DNA of 64,000 nt, taken from assembly GCA_963847415.1 (NCBI GenBank), contig CAWJZQ010000030.1:344831-408830 (forward strand). Reading direction: 5' to 3'. Within the stretch, counting starts at the first letter, position 1. Each line of letters opens with the position of its first letter. Under the pieces are notes generated by a model that was given only the letters and a program-made list of their open reading frames with translations, was not told the DNA's origin and made no database searches. The translations under genes and the position numbers were made by a program. Source of the stretch: an uncultured Thermoleophilia bacterium (GTDB lineage Bacteria > Actinomycetota > Thermoleophilia > Gaiellales > Gaiellaceae). This document shows, piece by piece, positions 41,365-52,326 of the stretch.

Positions 41365-41712
41365 GTGGTGACGATCGACGACGTCTGCGCGCTTGCACGC
41401 GCGCTGCCCCGCAGCAGCGAGGCGTTCGTGCGCGGCCGCGTCAAGTTTCGGATCGGCCGGATCGTCTATCTCGCGTTCTCGCGCGACGGCACGGTGATGG
41501 GCTTCGCGTTCCCAAAGGAGTGGCGGGCGGCGCTCGTCGAGGCCGCGCCCGAGAAGTTCTCGCTGCCAGGCGCCGGCGATATGCGCTACCACTGGGTCCA
41601 CGTCCGCCTCGACGCGATCGACGAGGAGGAGATGCGTGAGCTCGTGGAGGACGCCTGGGCCTTCTGCGTCCCGAAGCACGTCGCCGAGGCCTACGCCGCC
41701 TCCAAGACGTAG
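41365..41712 (+). CDS. MmcQ/YjbR family DNA-binding protein
   Basis: Intact 115-aa ORF: VCALARALPRSSEAFVRGRVKFRIGRIVYLAF...DMRYHWVHVRLD. Confidence 0.7.
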   Translation: MVTIDDVCALARALPRSSEAFVRGRVKFRIGRIVYLAFSRDGTVMGFAFPKEWRAALVEAAPEKFSLPGAGDMRYHWVHVRLDAIDEEEMRELVEDAWAFCVPKHVAEAYAASKT

Positions 41713-41756
41713 CGCGTATTTGCGTCGGCCCTGCCGTTGATCCATACTCGCGGCCT

Positions 41757-41975
41757 ATGGCTGACGACGACGACGGAATCGGCTTCACCTTCTACCTCAA
41801 GCTGGCCGGGGCCGTGCTCGCGGGCGGCCTCGTGCTCCTCGTGCTGCTGTTGCTCTTCAGCCGCGCGGTGTACGCCTGGGGGTTCTTCGGCGCGTTCCTC
41901 GCGCTCTCGATCATCCTGCTCGCGTTCGGCTGGGTCTACGACCGGCGCGAGGCCCGCAGGTACGAAGCGGAGTAG
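41757..41975 (+). CDS. small two-TM membrane protein
   Basis: 72 aa. The acidic N-terminus MADDDDG is followed by two hydrophobic helices. Confidence 0.5.
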   Translation: MADDDDGIGFTFYLKLAGAVLAGGLVLLVLLLLFSRAVYAWGFFGAFLALSIILLAFGWVYDRREARRYEAE

Positions 41976-41981
41976 CACACC

Positions 41982-42752
41982 TCAATCGCGGATCCGCCCC
42001 ACGACGTAGTCGGCGTGCGGGCGGACGTCCGCTGCGAGGCGGTCCCAGCGCTCGTCCGCCTCGCCGAGATAGATCGCGCGCGCATGCTCGAGCACCGGAC
42101 GGTGCTCGGACGGCAGCCGCTCGAGCGCCCAGCCGGCGGCCGCGTCCTTCGAGCGGATCTCGCCCGTCTCGAGAGTGCTCCACGCACGCGCGAGCGTCAG
42201 CACGACGTTCCTGGTGTCATCGTCCAGGTCGTCGAGCAGCGCATCCACGTCGGAGACCGCCCGGCGCAGGTCCTCCGGCGGCACGGGTTCGAATAGCTCC
42301 GCGGCCGGAGGTCCGAGCAGCGTACGTCCATTGCGGTGCACCATCGCGAGCAGCGTCGTCAGGTCCGGGTTGACGGTCGACGGCGGCCCGAGCTCACCGC
42401 GCTCGAACCGGTCGCGCAGCCAGTCGCCGTACTGGAAGTCCATGCGTGGCGGGTAGCGCCACGGTCTCAGCTCCGACGCGACGACCGTCGTCACCTCGGC
42501 GTGCCGGCGCCCGTTGCGGCCGGAGACCGGAAGCAGCACCTCCACGAGGCGCCGTCGCTCGTCGACCGTCGTCGTCCGGCGCACGACGGCGAGCAGGTCG
42601 AGGTCGCTGCTCGGCTTGAGCCCGCCGAGCACCGCCGAGCCGAACAGGTAGGCGGAGACGAGCTGCTCGCCGAGCGCGGCACGGACGATGTCGAGCACCC
42701 GTTCGACCTGTTCCTCGTCCGCGCGCTGCACCGGCGGAAGATTGCCTAGCAT
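41982..42752 (-). CDS. aminoglycoside nucleotidyltransferase, ANT(3'')/AadA-like (NTase domain plus DUF4111)
   Basis: Intact 256-aa ORF. NTase motif YLFGSAVLGGLKPSSDLDLLAVV. DUF4111-type segment DLTTLLAMVHRNGRTLLGP...NVVLTLARAWSTLETGEIRSKDAAAGWAL. Confidence 0.75.
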   Translation of the reverse strand: MLGNLPPVQRADEEQVERVLDIVRAALGEQLVSAYLFGSAVLGGLKPSSDLDLLAVVRRTTTVDERRRLVEVLLPVSGRNGRRHAEVTTVVASELRPWRYPPRMDFQYGDWLRDRFERGELGPPSTVNPDLTTLLAMVHRNGRTLLGPPAAELFEPVPPEDLRRAVSDVDALLDDLDDDTRNVVLTLARAWSTLETGEIRSKDAAAGWALERLPSEHRPVLEHARAIYLGEADERWDRLAADVRPHADYVVGRIRD

Positions 42753-42758
42753 CGAACG

Positions 42759-43286
42759 GTGTCGGGCAACGGGATCGTCGTTCGCCGCCTGCGCGCCGAC
42801 GAGGTGCGCGAGTCGCTCGATGCGCTCGGCGAAGTCCTGTTCGACTGTGTCGACGGCGGCGCGTCGGTCAGCTTCATGGATCCGTTCACGCAGGCCGATG
42901 CGGTCGCCTTCTTCGCCGGCCTACTGCCCGAGATCGAGCGCGGGAGCCGCATGTTGCTGGCGGCATACGACGGCGACGCGCTCGTCGGCACGGTGCAGAT
43001 GATCCACGCTCACCCGCCGAACCAGCCGCACCGGGGCGACATCGCGAAGCTGCTCGTTCGCCGAAGCGCGCGCGGTCGCGGCGTCGCGGTCAGCCTGATG
43101 GAGCAGGCCGAGGCGGATGCCCGCGCAGAGGGGAAGACGCTGCTCGTGCTCGACACGGTCACCGGCAGCACGGCGGAACGGCTCTACACGCGCCTCGGCT
43201 GGCAGCGGCTCGGCGTGATCCCGGACTACGCCCTGTATCCGGACGGCCGGCTCTGCGACACGACCGTCTTCTGGAAGCGCATCTGA
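42759..43286 (+). CDS. GNAT family N-acetyltransferase
   Basis: Intact 175-aa ORF: LLVRRSARGRGVAVSLMEQAEADARAEGKTLLVLDT...AERLYTRLGWQRLG. Confidence 0.8.
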   Translation: MSGNGIVVRRLRADEVRESLDALGEVLFDCVDGGASVSFMDPFTQADAVAFFAGLLPEIERGSRMLLAAYDGDALVGTVQMIHAHPPNQPHRGDIAKLLVRRSARGRGVAVSLMEQAEADARAEGKTLLVLDTVTGSTAERLYTRLGWQRLGVIPDYALYPDGRLCDTTVFWKRI

Positions 43287-43393
43287 AGGCCCAAACAGGG
43301 GCTTCCCTGTCGCCCGCCTAGCGAGTAGGTTCAGGGCGACCGATAGCCGTTCTCTATCGAGGGGGCAGATTTGCGGAGAGGGGCGGGAGAGAG

Positions 43394-43951
43394 ATGATCG
43401 CTGCGCTCGAGCGGCCGCTCTGGGCCGCAGGCGGCAGCCCGAACGACCCGCCGCCTCGGCCGCGCCTCCGGGCCGTCGGCCCGGCTCCCCACACGGAGCA
43501 GCGCGCCGGCGCCCGGGAGCATGCGGCGAGGCCCCGCGTCCTCGTCGTCGACGACGAGCCCTCGATGCGGCTTCTCTGCACGATCAACCTGCGGCTCGTC
43601 GGCTTCGAGGTCACCGAGGCGGAGGATGGGCGCAGGGCGCTCGAGGCGGCGCGGCAGGAGCCCTTCGACCTGATCCTGCTCGACGTGATGCTGCCCGACA
43701 TCGGCGGCCACGACGTGGCACGGCGGCTCGCGGAGGAGGACGGGACCCGGCACGTGCCCGTCGTCTTCCTCTCCGCGCGGACGAGCAACGCCGACCTGCG
43801 CCGCGGCTTCGAGCTCGGCGCGGTCGACTACATCACCAAGCCGTTCGACCCGATCGTGCTCGGCGAGCAGGTGGAGCAGATTCTCGGCCGCGTGGAGCGT
43901 GGCGAGGCGGACGAGTACCGGCGCGAGCAGCTGGCTCAGCTGGAGGAGTAG
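43394..43951 (+). CDS. response regulator, receiver domain only
   Basis: RVLVVDDEPSMRLL...FDLILLDVMLPDIGGHDV...PVVFLSA...DYITKPF. There is no DNA-binding output domain. The N-terminal about 55 aa are uncertain. Confidence 0.8.
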   Translation: MIAALERPLWAAGGSPNDPPPRPRLRAVGPAPHTEQRAGAREHAARPRVLVVDDEPSMRLLCTINLRLVGFEVTEAEDGRRALEAARQEPFDLILLDVMLPDIGGHDVARRLAEEDGTRHVPVVFLSARTSNADLRRGFELGAVDYITKPFDPIVLGEQVEQILGRVERGEADEYRREQLAQLEE

Positions 43952-45695
43952 GTGGACGAATCAGTCGCGGCCTCGAGCCCGGTCGACCGGCAGCGGCCCC
44001 GGCGCGACTCGGCGCTCGTCGCCCAGCGGCGGACGCGCCTCGCGCTCGGCACGCTCCTGATGCTGCTCGTCGCCCTCGGCGGTATCGCGGTCCTCGGCTC
44101 GGGCCGGCTCTACCGCTCGTCCCAGAACCAGTACGTCAAGGAAGCGATCCCGCTGCGCACGAACGCGCGCGACATCGTCCTGCAGATGGTCAACGAGGAG
44201 ACGTCCGTCCGCGGCTACCTGATCACCGGGAATCGCGACAGCCTCGGCCCATACCATCGGGCGAAGCCGGCTATCGCCGCCGACTTCGCGATGCTCGACA
44301 GCCTCGCACGGCGGCGGCCGGAGATCGGCGGGAACGTCGACGCGGCGCGGAGCTTCGTCACCGACCTGGAGCGCTACTTCGCCCGGCAGGTAGCGCTGGT
44401 CGCGCAGGGGCCCGCCGGCCGGCGTCGCGCCGAGGAGAACGTCCTCGACGGCAAGCGGAAGTTCGACCAGTTCCGGCTCGCAGCCAACCGGCTGCTCACG
44501 CGCTCCGACCAGATCCTGCTCGAAGCCGAGCGCGCGCAGCACGACACCTTCCGCAACACACTGGGGCTCGTGCTCGCTGTCGCCGGCGTCGCCGGGGCGA
44601 TCGGTCTCGCGCTCCTGATGTTCGTCCCGGAACGGATGCGCCGGCTGTACGCGGGTGAGCAGGCGGCCCGTCGCGCCGCCGAGCGCGGCGACCGCGCCTC
44701 ACATGCGCTCGAGCACGTGCACGGCATCCGTCGTCTTGCTGGACAACAACGACCGCGTTCTCTACTGGAACCGCGCCGCCGAGCGCGTGTTCAGGGTGCC
44801 GGAGGCCGAGGCGCTGACACGCACGGTGCGCGAGCTGATCCCCGAGCTCGACCTGATCGAGGAGGCGCTCGCGCGGGGAGGCCCCGGCGCTGTCGCGCCG
44901 GTGGTCGTCGACGGCGAGGAGCGCTGGCTCGCCGTCTCGGAAACGACTCTCGCCGAAGGACGCGTGCTCGTGTTGCGCGACGTGACCGCAGAGCAACAGC
45001 TCGAGCGTGCACGCGGCGAGTTCATCGCCACCGCGTCGCACGAGCTCCGGACGCCGCTCGCCGCCGTGTACGGCGCCGTGCGCACGCTGCGCCGTGTCGA
45101 CCGCCCGGTCGACGGCGAGCTCGACGAGCGGCTGCTGGCGATGATCGAGACGGAGTCGGCGCGCCTGAAGGAGCTGATCGAGCAGATCCTCGTGTCGGCG
45201 GACGTCGACCGCGGCGACGTGAGGCTGAGCCGCGAGACGTGCGACCTCCGCGCGCTCTGCGAGAGCGCGACGGACGCCGTGAGGGTGCACGCCCGGACGC
45301 ACACGTTCTCCGTGGACGCACCAGGCAGCGTGCTCGTCGAGTGCGACCCGTCGCGCCTGCGCCAGGTCGTGTTGAACCTGCTCGACAACGCGGTCAAGTA
45401 CTCGCCGGACGGTGGCAGCGTCGAGGTGCGCGTCAGCGAGCGTCCAGGCGGTGCGTCGATCGAGGTGAGCGACGAGGGGATCGGCGTGCCGGCCGAGGCG
45501 CGGGCGCACATCTTCGAGAAGTTCGTCCGGCTCGACGCCGGCATGCTACGCGGCGTCGGCGGCAGCGGCCTCGGGCTCTACATCAGCCGCGAGCTCGTCG
45601 AGCGCATGGGCGGCCGCATGAGCGTCCGCTCGCAGCCCGGCGTCGGCTCGACGTTCGTCGTCGAGCTGCCGCGCGTGCCGTCGCCCGTCGCCTGA
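43952..45695 (+). CDS. sensor histidine kinase (CHASE3 - TM - PAS - HisKA - HATPase_c; one frame change near 44720)
   Basis: GTG 43952 directly follows the regulator stop. CHASE3 MVNEETSVRGYLITGNRDSLGPY. PAS LLDNNDRVLYWNRAAERVF. H-box FIATASHELRTPL. N and G boxes LLDNAVKYSP, DEGIGVP and GSGLGLYISRELVERMGG. Confidence 0.8.
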
Positions 45696-45738
45696 CGGGC
45701 CGGGCGCCCGAAGACGCCCGGCCCGGAGGCGTCCGCTA

Positions 45739-48580
45739 CTAGCGGATCGTGAGCTGGAGCGTGACGGCGTGCGACAGCGACCCGCTCGTGCCCGTCACGG
45801 TCACGGTCATCGTCTGCCGCGACACGTTCGACGCCGTCGCCAGCGTGAGCGTCGACGAGGAGCTCGTCGTCTGCGGGCTGAAGCTCGCGGTCACGCGCCT
45901 CGGCATCGTGCTCGCGGAGAGCGACACCGCTCCGCCGAAGCCGTTCGTGGGCGTGACCGTGATCGTGTACGACGCGCTGCCGCCTCGCGAGACGGTGCCC
46001 GACGTCGGCGTCACCGAGAGCGAGAAGTCCGCTCCCGCCGGAGCGCCCGCCTGCACGACGAGCTGCACCGGCGTCGTGCGGGTGAGCGAGCCGCTCGTGC
46101 CCGTGACCGTCAGCGTGTAGGTGCCGCCCGGGGTGGACGTCGAGGTCGCGACCGTCATCGTCGACGTGCCCGTCGTCGGATTCGTGTCGAACGACGCCGA
46201 CGCTCCCGCCGGCAGGCCGCTCGCAGTGAGCGACACCGCCCCTGTGAACCCGCCGCTCGGCGTGACCGACACGGCGTACGTCGTCGCCGTCCCGGCGCTC
46301 ACCGTCCGCGTGGACGGCGTCGACGACAGCGTGAAGCTCGGCGTCGGCTGCCGCCTGCACGACGAGCTGCACGCCCGTCGTGTGGGAGAGCGAGCCGTTC
46401 GTGCCGGTGACCGTCACCGGGTAGCTGCCCGCGGGTGTGGAGCCGGTCGTCGTGACCGTCATCGTCGACGTGCCGGTCGTCGGGTTCGGGCTGAACGACG
46501 CCGACGCGCCGGCCGGCAGGCCGCTCGCGCCCATCGAGACCGAGCCGGTGAAGCCGGCCGCGGGCGCGACCGACACGGTGTACGTCGTCGAGGTCCCCGC
46601 CGTGACCGTCCTGCTCGCCGGCGTCGCCGTCAGCGAGAAGTCGGGCTGCGAGACGACGAGCGTGACGGTCGCGCTGTGCGAGAGCGTCCCGCTCGTGCCG
46701 GTGATCGTGACCGGGTAGCTCCCGACCGGCGTCGACGCGGACGTCGTCACCGTGAGCGTCGAGGAGCCGGTGGTCGGGTTCGGGCTGAACGAGGCCGCGG
46801 CTCCCGCGGGCAGCCCGGACGCGCTCAGCGAGACGCTGCCCGTGAAGCCGCCGTTCGGCGTGACCGTGACGCCGTACGTCGTCGGGCTGCCCGGGCTGAC
46901 CGTCTGGCTCGAGGGCGACGCGGCGACGGAGAAGTCCGGCGAGCCGCATCCGGCGAGCCGGAAGCTGCCGATGCGCGTGTGCCAGTTGAAGATCCCGTCG
47001 GTCGCGATGTACTCGCTCGTGAACCAGAACGTGCAGTCGTCGCTCGGGTCGATCGTCATGTCGCTGTAGTCGCCCCAGCGGGCGAGCGCGCGGTCGGGCG
47101 AGGACTGCACGCCGGTGCCGTTGATCACGACGCCCTCACCCTGGCCCATCACGCCGGCCGGGTCGGACGTGAGGTGACCGGTGTAGTGGACGCCCGGCTT
47201 GACGGCGCTGCTCGAGGCGCTGAAGCCGAGCCCGATGTTGCCCGAGCCGTCCATCGCGACGCTCGGCATCCACCGGGACGTCGCGTCGGGCGCGTATGTC
47301 CCCTGCTGGAAGACGCTCGGCGTGCCGTTCGGGTTGCGCAGCTCGTACCAGCGGACGCCCGTCGCCGAGCCCGCCGTGACCGCGTGGCTGACGACGAGCG
47401 ACTCGTGGTCGCCGAAGTTGCGGTAGCCGAGCCGGAACATCAGCCGGTCGCCGAGCGAGTCGAGCTGCTGTGTGGTCGCGGGCTGCGGGATGCACGCGCC
47501 GCCCGAGCACGCCGGCGCGAACGGCGCGACCGGGATCTGCGCCGCCGCGGTCAGCGTCGTGTTCGCCGGGTTCGACCAGTCGACGTGGAACTTCCAGAAG
47601 TCGAGCGCGTTCGTCGTGAAGTCGAGCAGGTAGTTGGGCGACCCCGCGGGCGGCGGCTGCGCGCTGTCGACGTTCGACGGCAGGATCGACCCGAACGCCG
47701 TCGAGAGCGTGAAGCACTGCTGCGTCGCCGGCGCGCCGGCGAGCATCTTCGCGCGGTCGTACGCACAGATCTCCGGCCCCTGGAACGCGATCCCGTTCGG
47801 ATCGAACAGGTTGAACGTCTCGTAGTACGCGTCCGACCAGACGGCCATCTTCGGGTAGTCCGGGAAGTTCTGGTACTGGAACTCGTAGCGGAAGTACGAG
47901 CCGGTCGGGTCGCCCGACGTCGACACGGCGACGCACTCGCGGAACGGGAAGGTCGTGACCGAGAACTGCGAGATGATCCACCGGTCCGCCTGGCGGTCGT
48001 AGACGACCGTCGCGTCGCCGTCGTTGTTGCCCTCGCAGCCGAAGCCGAAGCCGACGAAGAGCGTGTTCGTCTGCGCGGGGCCGTAGAGCACGTGACCGGC
48101 CTTGTCGAAGATCGCGAACGCGCTGTTCACGATCTGGACGTAGTTGCGCGGGCCGACCTGGCCGTTCGTGTCCGGCGGCGCCGAGTCGACCGTGAAGGTG
48201 CCGGCGGGGCCGACGAAGCCCTGGCCGACGCCCTCGAAGGAGCTGTTGAGAACCGGTGCGGCCGCTGCGCCGGGTGCGCTCTGCAGCGCCGTGTCGGGTG
48301 CGCCCGTCCCGCTCGCGGGCGGACGCGTGAAGAACTCGCGCTTGACCGTGAACGTCCCCTTCTTCGGCGGGATCGGCGTGATCTGCCGGAGTGGGAGAGA
48401 GACGTCGCGGCGCTGGTTGGCGACCGGGTCGTCCGTGCGGATCCCCGTCGGCCGCCCGTCGAAGCCGTGTGGGCCGTCGTCGGCGCCCGCGCCGTTCGAC
48501 AGCAATGCCCCCGCCAGTCCTACAAACGCCGCAGAAATGAGTCCCGCCGCCAGATGGCGGCGGCTGACCCGATTTCTCAT
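45739..48580 (-). CDS. large secreted protein: about 520-aa conserved N-terminal domain of unknown function plus four about 95-aa Ig-like repeats (one frame change near 46305)
   Basis: Signal LAAGLISAAFVGLAGALLSNGAGA. N-domain blocks are PPDTNGQVGPRNYVQIVNSAFAIFDK, DATVVYDRQADRWIISQF and RWGDYSDMTIDP. The unit PDFS..ASP.S.TV..G..TTY.V.V.P..GFTG.VSL.ASGLPAGA.ASF.PNPTTG occurs four times. Confidence 0.7.
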
Positions 48581-48637
48581 CGGTATCCCCCCGAGATCGA
48601 TTGGACTGGGCGATAGATCGGCGGTAGAACGTGGGCC

Positions 48638-49153
48638 GTGGTGTTTTCGATACGCGCAACACTCGGTCTCTGCGCGCTCGCGGCGGTGCTCGCCTCCGGA
48701 GCGAGTGGCCGCCCGGCGTCACACGGCTGCCGCGGCGCCGCGCTCGCGGGCCGCTTCGCCGTCGTCCCCGGCAGCGCCGGCGCCGGGAACATCACCTACG
48801 CGCTACGCTGCAAGAACATCTCGGCGTCGGCGTGCACGCTCACCGGCCTGCCGCACGGACGGCTGCTCGGGCAGCGCAAGGACGCGCTGCCGACGCACGT
48901 GCGCGCCGGCGTCCCGGGGCGCTGCACGCCGTCCTCGTCACGCTGCGGCCGGGACGCGTCGCCGTCGCGACCGCGCGCTTCTCGCCGGACGTCCCCGGCG
49001 TCGGCGAGCCGATGATGGGGCCGTGCGAGCCGACGGCGTACTGGTTCCGCGTCACGGCGCCGGGCGGCGGGACGACGATGGTCGAAGCTCGCGCCGCCGA
49101 CGCCCGTCTGCGAGCACGGGCAGCTGCGCTTCTCCGCCTACCGGCCGGCGTGA
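48638..49153 (+). CDS. DUF4232-like exported protein (about two frame changes)
   Basis: Signal MVFSIRATLGLCALAAVLASGASG. Then C..AALAGRFAVVPGSAGAGNITYALRCKNISASACTLTGLP, followed by TARFSPDVPG and CEHGQLRFSAY in other frames. Confidence 0.5.
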
Positions 49154-49154
49154 G

Positions 49155-49593
49155 CTAGCGGCGCTTGCGCTTGCGCGAGGCCGCTGCCGCCGCCGGGGCG
49201 GCCGCCGCGGGCCTGCTGCTGCATGCGCTCGGCCTGCCGGCGCATCTGCCGGTTCGCCGAGTCGGGCACGCGCGCCCTGCTCCTGCGCCGCCTCCATGTA
49301 GGCGCGGCGCTCGGCGGGCGTCAGGCGGCTCATCGCCTTCTGCACCGCCTGCGGGTTCGGGTTCGACGCGACCGGGTTGATCTTCTTCAGCGCGCTCGCG
49401 AGCTCGGGGTTCTGGCGCTCGATCGCCGCCGTGCTGACGCTCGTGAAGAACCGGCGCATGAAGCCGATGCGCGAGAGCCGCGCGATCACCGGCCGCAGCA
49501 GCGCGCCGTTCTTGTACCGCCCCAGAAGAGGAGCAGCAGGAAGAGGACGAGCACGACGCCGATGATGACCAGCGGGACGTAGAGCCACCACAT
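49155..49593 (-). CDS. hypothetical membrane-anchored protein with basic tail (frame changes; weak call)
   Basis: Starts MWWLYVPLVIIGVVLVLFLLLLF. It continues in another frame as YKNGALLRPVIARLSRIGFMRRFFTSVSTAAIERQNPELASALKKINPV...LTPAERRAYMEAAQEQG. Candidate stop TAG at 49155-49157. Confidence 0.35.
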
Positions 49594-49869
49594 GGGCCGA
49601 TGGATCGTACCGCGCGTCAGCGGCGCGAGGTCAGGTACATGCCGCCGACGACGATGACGGCGAGCACGCGCCGCGACGAGCCACGGAGGATCGAGCTCGC
49701 AGCGAGCGGGTGCGGCGGGGCGGAGGCTGCGAGCGTGAGCGATGCGAGGACATGCACGCGGCCAGGGTTCCGGAGTCGATGAGCAGCAGTGTCCCGCGAG
49801 GTAAGGATTCCTTGAAACCACTGGGCTGTTTCTCCGTTAGGCGTTAAAGCCGCGTGAACGGGGGTACCG

Positions 49870-50922
49870 ATGACCATGGCGCACGATCCGATCGCAATCC
49901 TCGTCGAGCACGGCGAAGAGCACGGCTGCGTCCACATGACGGAGCTGTACGAGATCGTGCAGAAGCTCGAGCTCGAGGAGGACGACATCGAGACCCTGCT
50001 CGAGCGGCTCGAGACGCACGGGATCGAGCTGACCGACGACTGCTCGCGCGCGATCGAGGAGGACGTCAGCGTACACGAACCACGCAGATCGCGTCGGCGA
50101 CGACCGACTCGCTGCAGCTGTTCCTGAACGAGGCCGGCCGCTACCCGCTGCTGACCGCCGCGCAGGAGGTCGAGCTCGCGAAGCGCGATCGAGGACGGCG
50201 ACAAGCGGCGCGAAGGACCTGCTCGTCAACTCGAACCTGCGGCTCGTCGTCTCGATCGCGAAGAAGTACCAGGGCCACGGCCTGACGCTGCTCGACCTGA
50301 TCCAGGAGGGGATCATCGGGCTGATCCGCGCGGCGGAGAAGTTCGACTGGCGCAAGGGCTTCAAGTTCTCGACCTACGCGACGTGGTGGATCCGCCAGGC
50401 GGTGCAGCGCGGCGTCGCGAACAAGGCGCGCACGATCCGCATCCCGGTGCACATCGTCGAGCGCGAGCAGAAGATCTCGCGCGCCGAGCGCGAGCTGCGT
50501 CGCGAAGCTCGAGCGCACGCCGACGGACGAGGAGCTCGCGGAGAAGGCGAAGCTGCCGCTCAAGCAGGTGCGCGAGGTGCGCACGGCTGCGCGCGCGGTC
50601 GCGTCGCTCGACAGGCCGGTCGGCGAGGACGACTCCGCGTCGTTCGGCGACCTGTTCGCGAGCGACGAGCAGACGCCGGACGAGCAGGTCGAGGTCGAGC
50701 TGACCGAGCAGGCGCTGCACGAGGCGGTCGCCGAGCTGTCCGGAGCGCGAGCAGCAGATCCTCACGCTGCGCTACGGCCTGAGCGGCACCGAGGAGCCGA
50801 AGTCGCTCGAGGAGATCGGCCGCATCCTCGGCATCACGCGCGAGCGCGTGCGCCAGCTCGAGGCGGAGGCGCTGCGCCGCCTCGCCGAGCGGCGCGAGAT
50901 CGCCGCGATGAAGGCCGCCTAA
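49870..50922 (+). CDS. RNA polymerase sigma-70 factor, primary (RpoD/SigA) type, with regions 1.1-4.2; frame broken at least 4 times as assembled
   Basis: Region 1.1 is [33 protein letters not shown]. Regions 1.2/2 are [84 protein letters not shown] and ARTIRIPVH. Region 4 is [13 protein letters not shown]...[27 protein letters not shown]. These pieces lie in different frames. Confidence 0.85.
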
Positions 50923-51495
50923 CCGGCCGGCGCGAGCCCGAGCTCCTCGACAGAGCGTGAAGAACGCCTGTCGCGTACGGGCTGCCCGCGGTAGCTCGCG
51001 CAGCAGCGGCCAGTCGACCTGCTCGCGGCAGCGCGCGCGTCGACCTCGAGCACGCTCTCGTAGTCGACCTCGTGCTCCTTCAGCGCGAGCAGCTTCGTCG
51101 CGAGCACGTCGGTGACGCTCATCACCTTGAGCACGATCGCGTAGACCTCGAGCTCGTCCGCGCGCTCGAGGATCGCGGCATCGACGTCTCGGGCCGGCTG
51201 TTCGGCGCGAAGATCAGGTCGATCATCGCGTCCGTTCGAGTCGTAGACCTTGTAGAGCCAGTCCTCGGGCGGCCGCTCGCAGCGGAAGCCCGCTTCGCTC
51301 GAGCAGGTGCAGCGCGCGCTCGGCGTCCGCCTCGCGCAGCACGAAGTCGACGTCGTGCTCGCTCTCGGCGGCCCGCCGCGCGCGTAGATCGCGTGCCCGC
51401 CCGCGAGCGCGAACTCGATGCCGTGGTCGCGCAGCACCGCGGCGGCGCGCTTCATCGCGTCCAGCAGGTCGCTGAAGGTGTCCGTCGCTCGGCAT
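50919..51495 (-). CDS. nucleotidyltransferase family protein (about three frame changes)
   Basis: TFSDLLDAMKRAAAVLRDHGIEFALAGGHAIYARGGP, then SEHDVDFVLREADAERALHLL, then FRCERPPEDWLYKVYD and VMSVTDVLATKLLALKEHEVDY. The pattern is a minimal NTase fold (GG...D.D). Confidence 0.5.
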
Positions 51496-51550
51496 CGAGC
51501 GTCGGTACCCGCGAATGGCAGTGCGCGAATCCTCGGGTACGACACGAGGC

Positions 51551-52320
51551 ATGGCGAAGACGATGCGCGTTGCAGCAGCAGGCGACATCCATGCGGGAGC
51601 GGCCGAGCGCGACCGCGTCCGCGAGGCGTTCCGCCGTGTCGAGGAGCAGGCAGACCTGATCCTGCTCGCGGGCGACCTGACGCAGCACGGGCAGGTCGAC
51701 GAGGTCTGCGTCGTCGCGGACGCCTGCCGCGATCTGTCAGGTGCCGGTCGTCGCGGTGCTCGGCAACCACGACTGGCAGTCGGACCGGCCCGCCGACCTC
51801 GTCGCGCGCGCTCGCCGAGGCGGGCGTGGTCGTGCTCGACCGGTCGCACACGATCCTGCCGATCAACGGCGTCGAGCGTCGGCGTCGCCGGCGTGAAGGG
51901 ATTCGTCGGCGGCTTCGGGCAACCAGTGGGCGAACTTCGGCGAGCCGCATCTTCCGCGAGGCGTACGCCGAGACGACGAAGGACGTCGACGGGCCTCGAG
52001 CGCGGGCTCGCCGCGATCGAGCCGTGCGCGGTGCGGATCGCGCTGCTGCACTACTCGCCGGTCGAGGCGACGCTCGTCGGCGAGCCGGAGCGGCTGTGGC
52101 TCGTGCTCGGCGCAGACCGTCTCGCCGGCCCGATCCGCGCGCACCGTCCGGACCTCGTCGTGCACGGCCACGCGCACCACGGGTCGTTCGAGGGCGACGA
52201 TCGACGGCGTGCCCGGTCTACAACGTCGCCGTGCACGTGATGGGCCGCGAGTTCTGGGTCTTCGAGCTGGACGCGGAGCGGCGCGACTCGCAGCAGCCGC
52301 TCGCGGTCGACGAGACGTAA
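51551..52320 (+). CDS. metallophosphoesterase (calcineurin-like; about five frame changes)
   Basis: RVAAAGDIHAG (DxH), LILLAGDLT (GD), VAVLGNHD (GNHD), IALLHYSP and DLVVHGHAHHG (GHxH) occur in successive frames. Stop at 52318-52320. Confidence 0.7.
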
Positions 52321-52326
52321 CTCGCT

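Noticed and set aside
41982-42752. Acquired (mobile) aminoglycoside resistance cassette or integron.
   Set aside because: No attC-like site, integrase, IS element or compositional break surrounds the ANT-like gene. It looks chromosomal and intrinsic.
49600-49869. Additional gene between the membrane-anchored hypothetical and the sigma factor gene.
   Set aside because: The ORFs there (49617..50204 minus strand and 49600..49782 plus strand) have no RBS, no recognisable motifs and off-frame-type composition. The stretch more likely holds the sigma gene promoter and leader.
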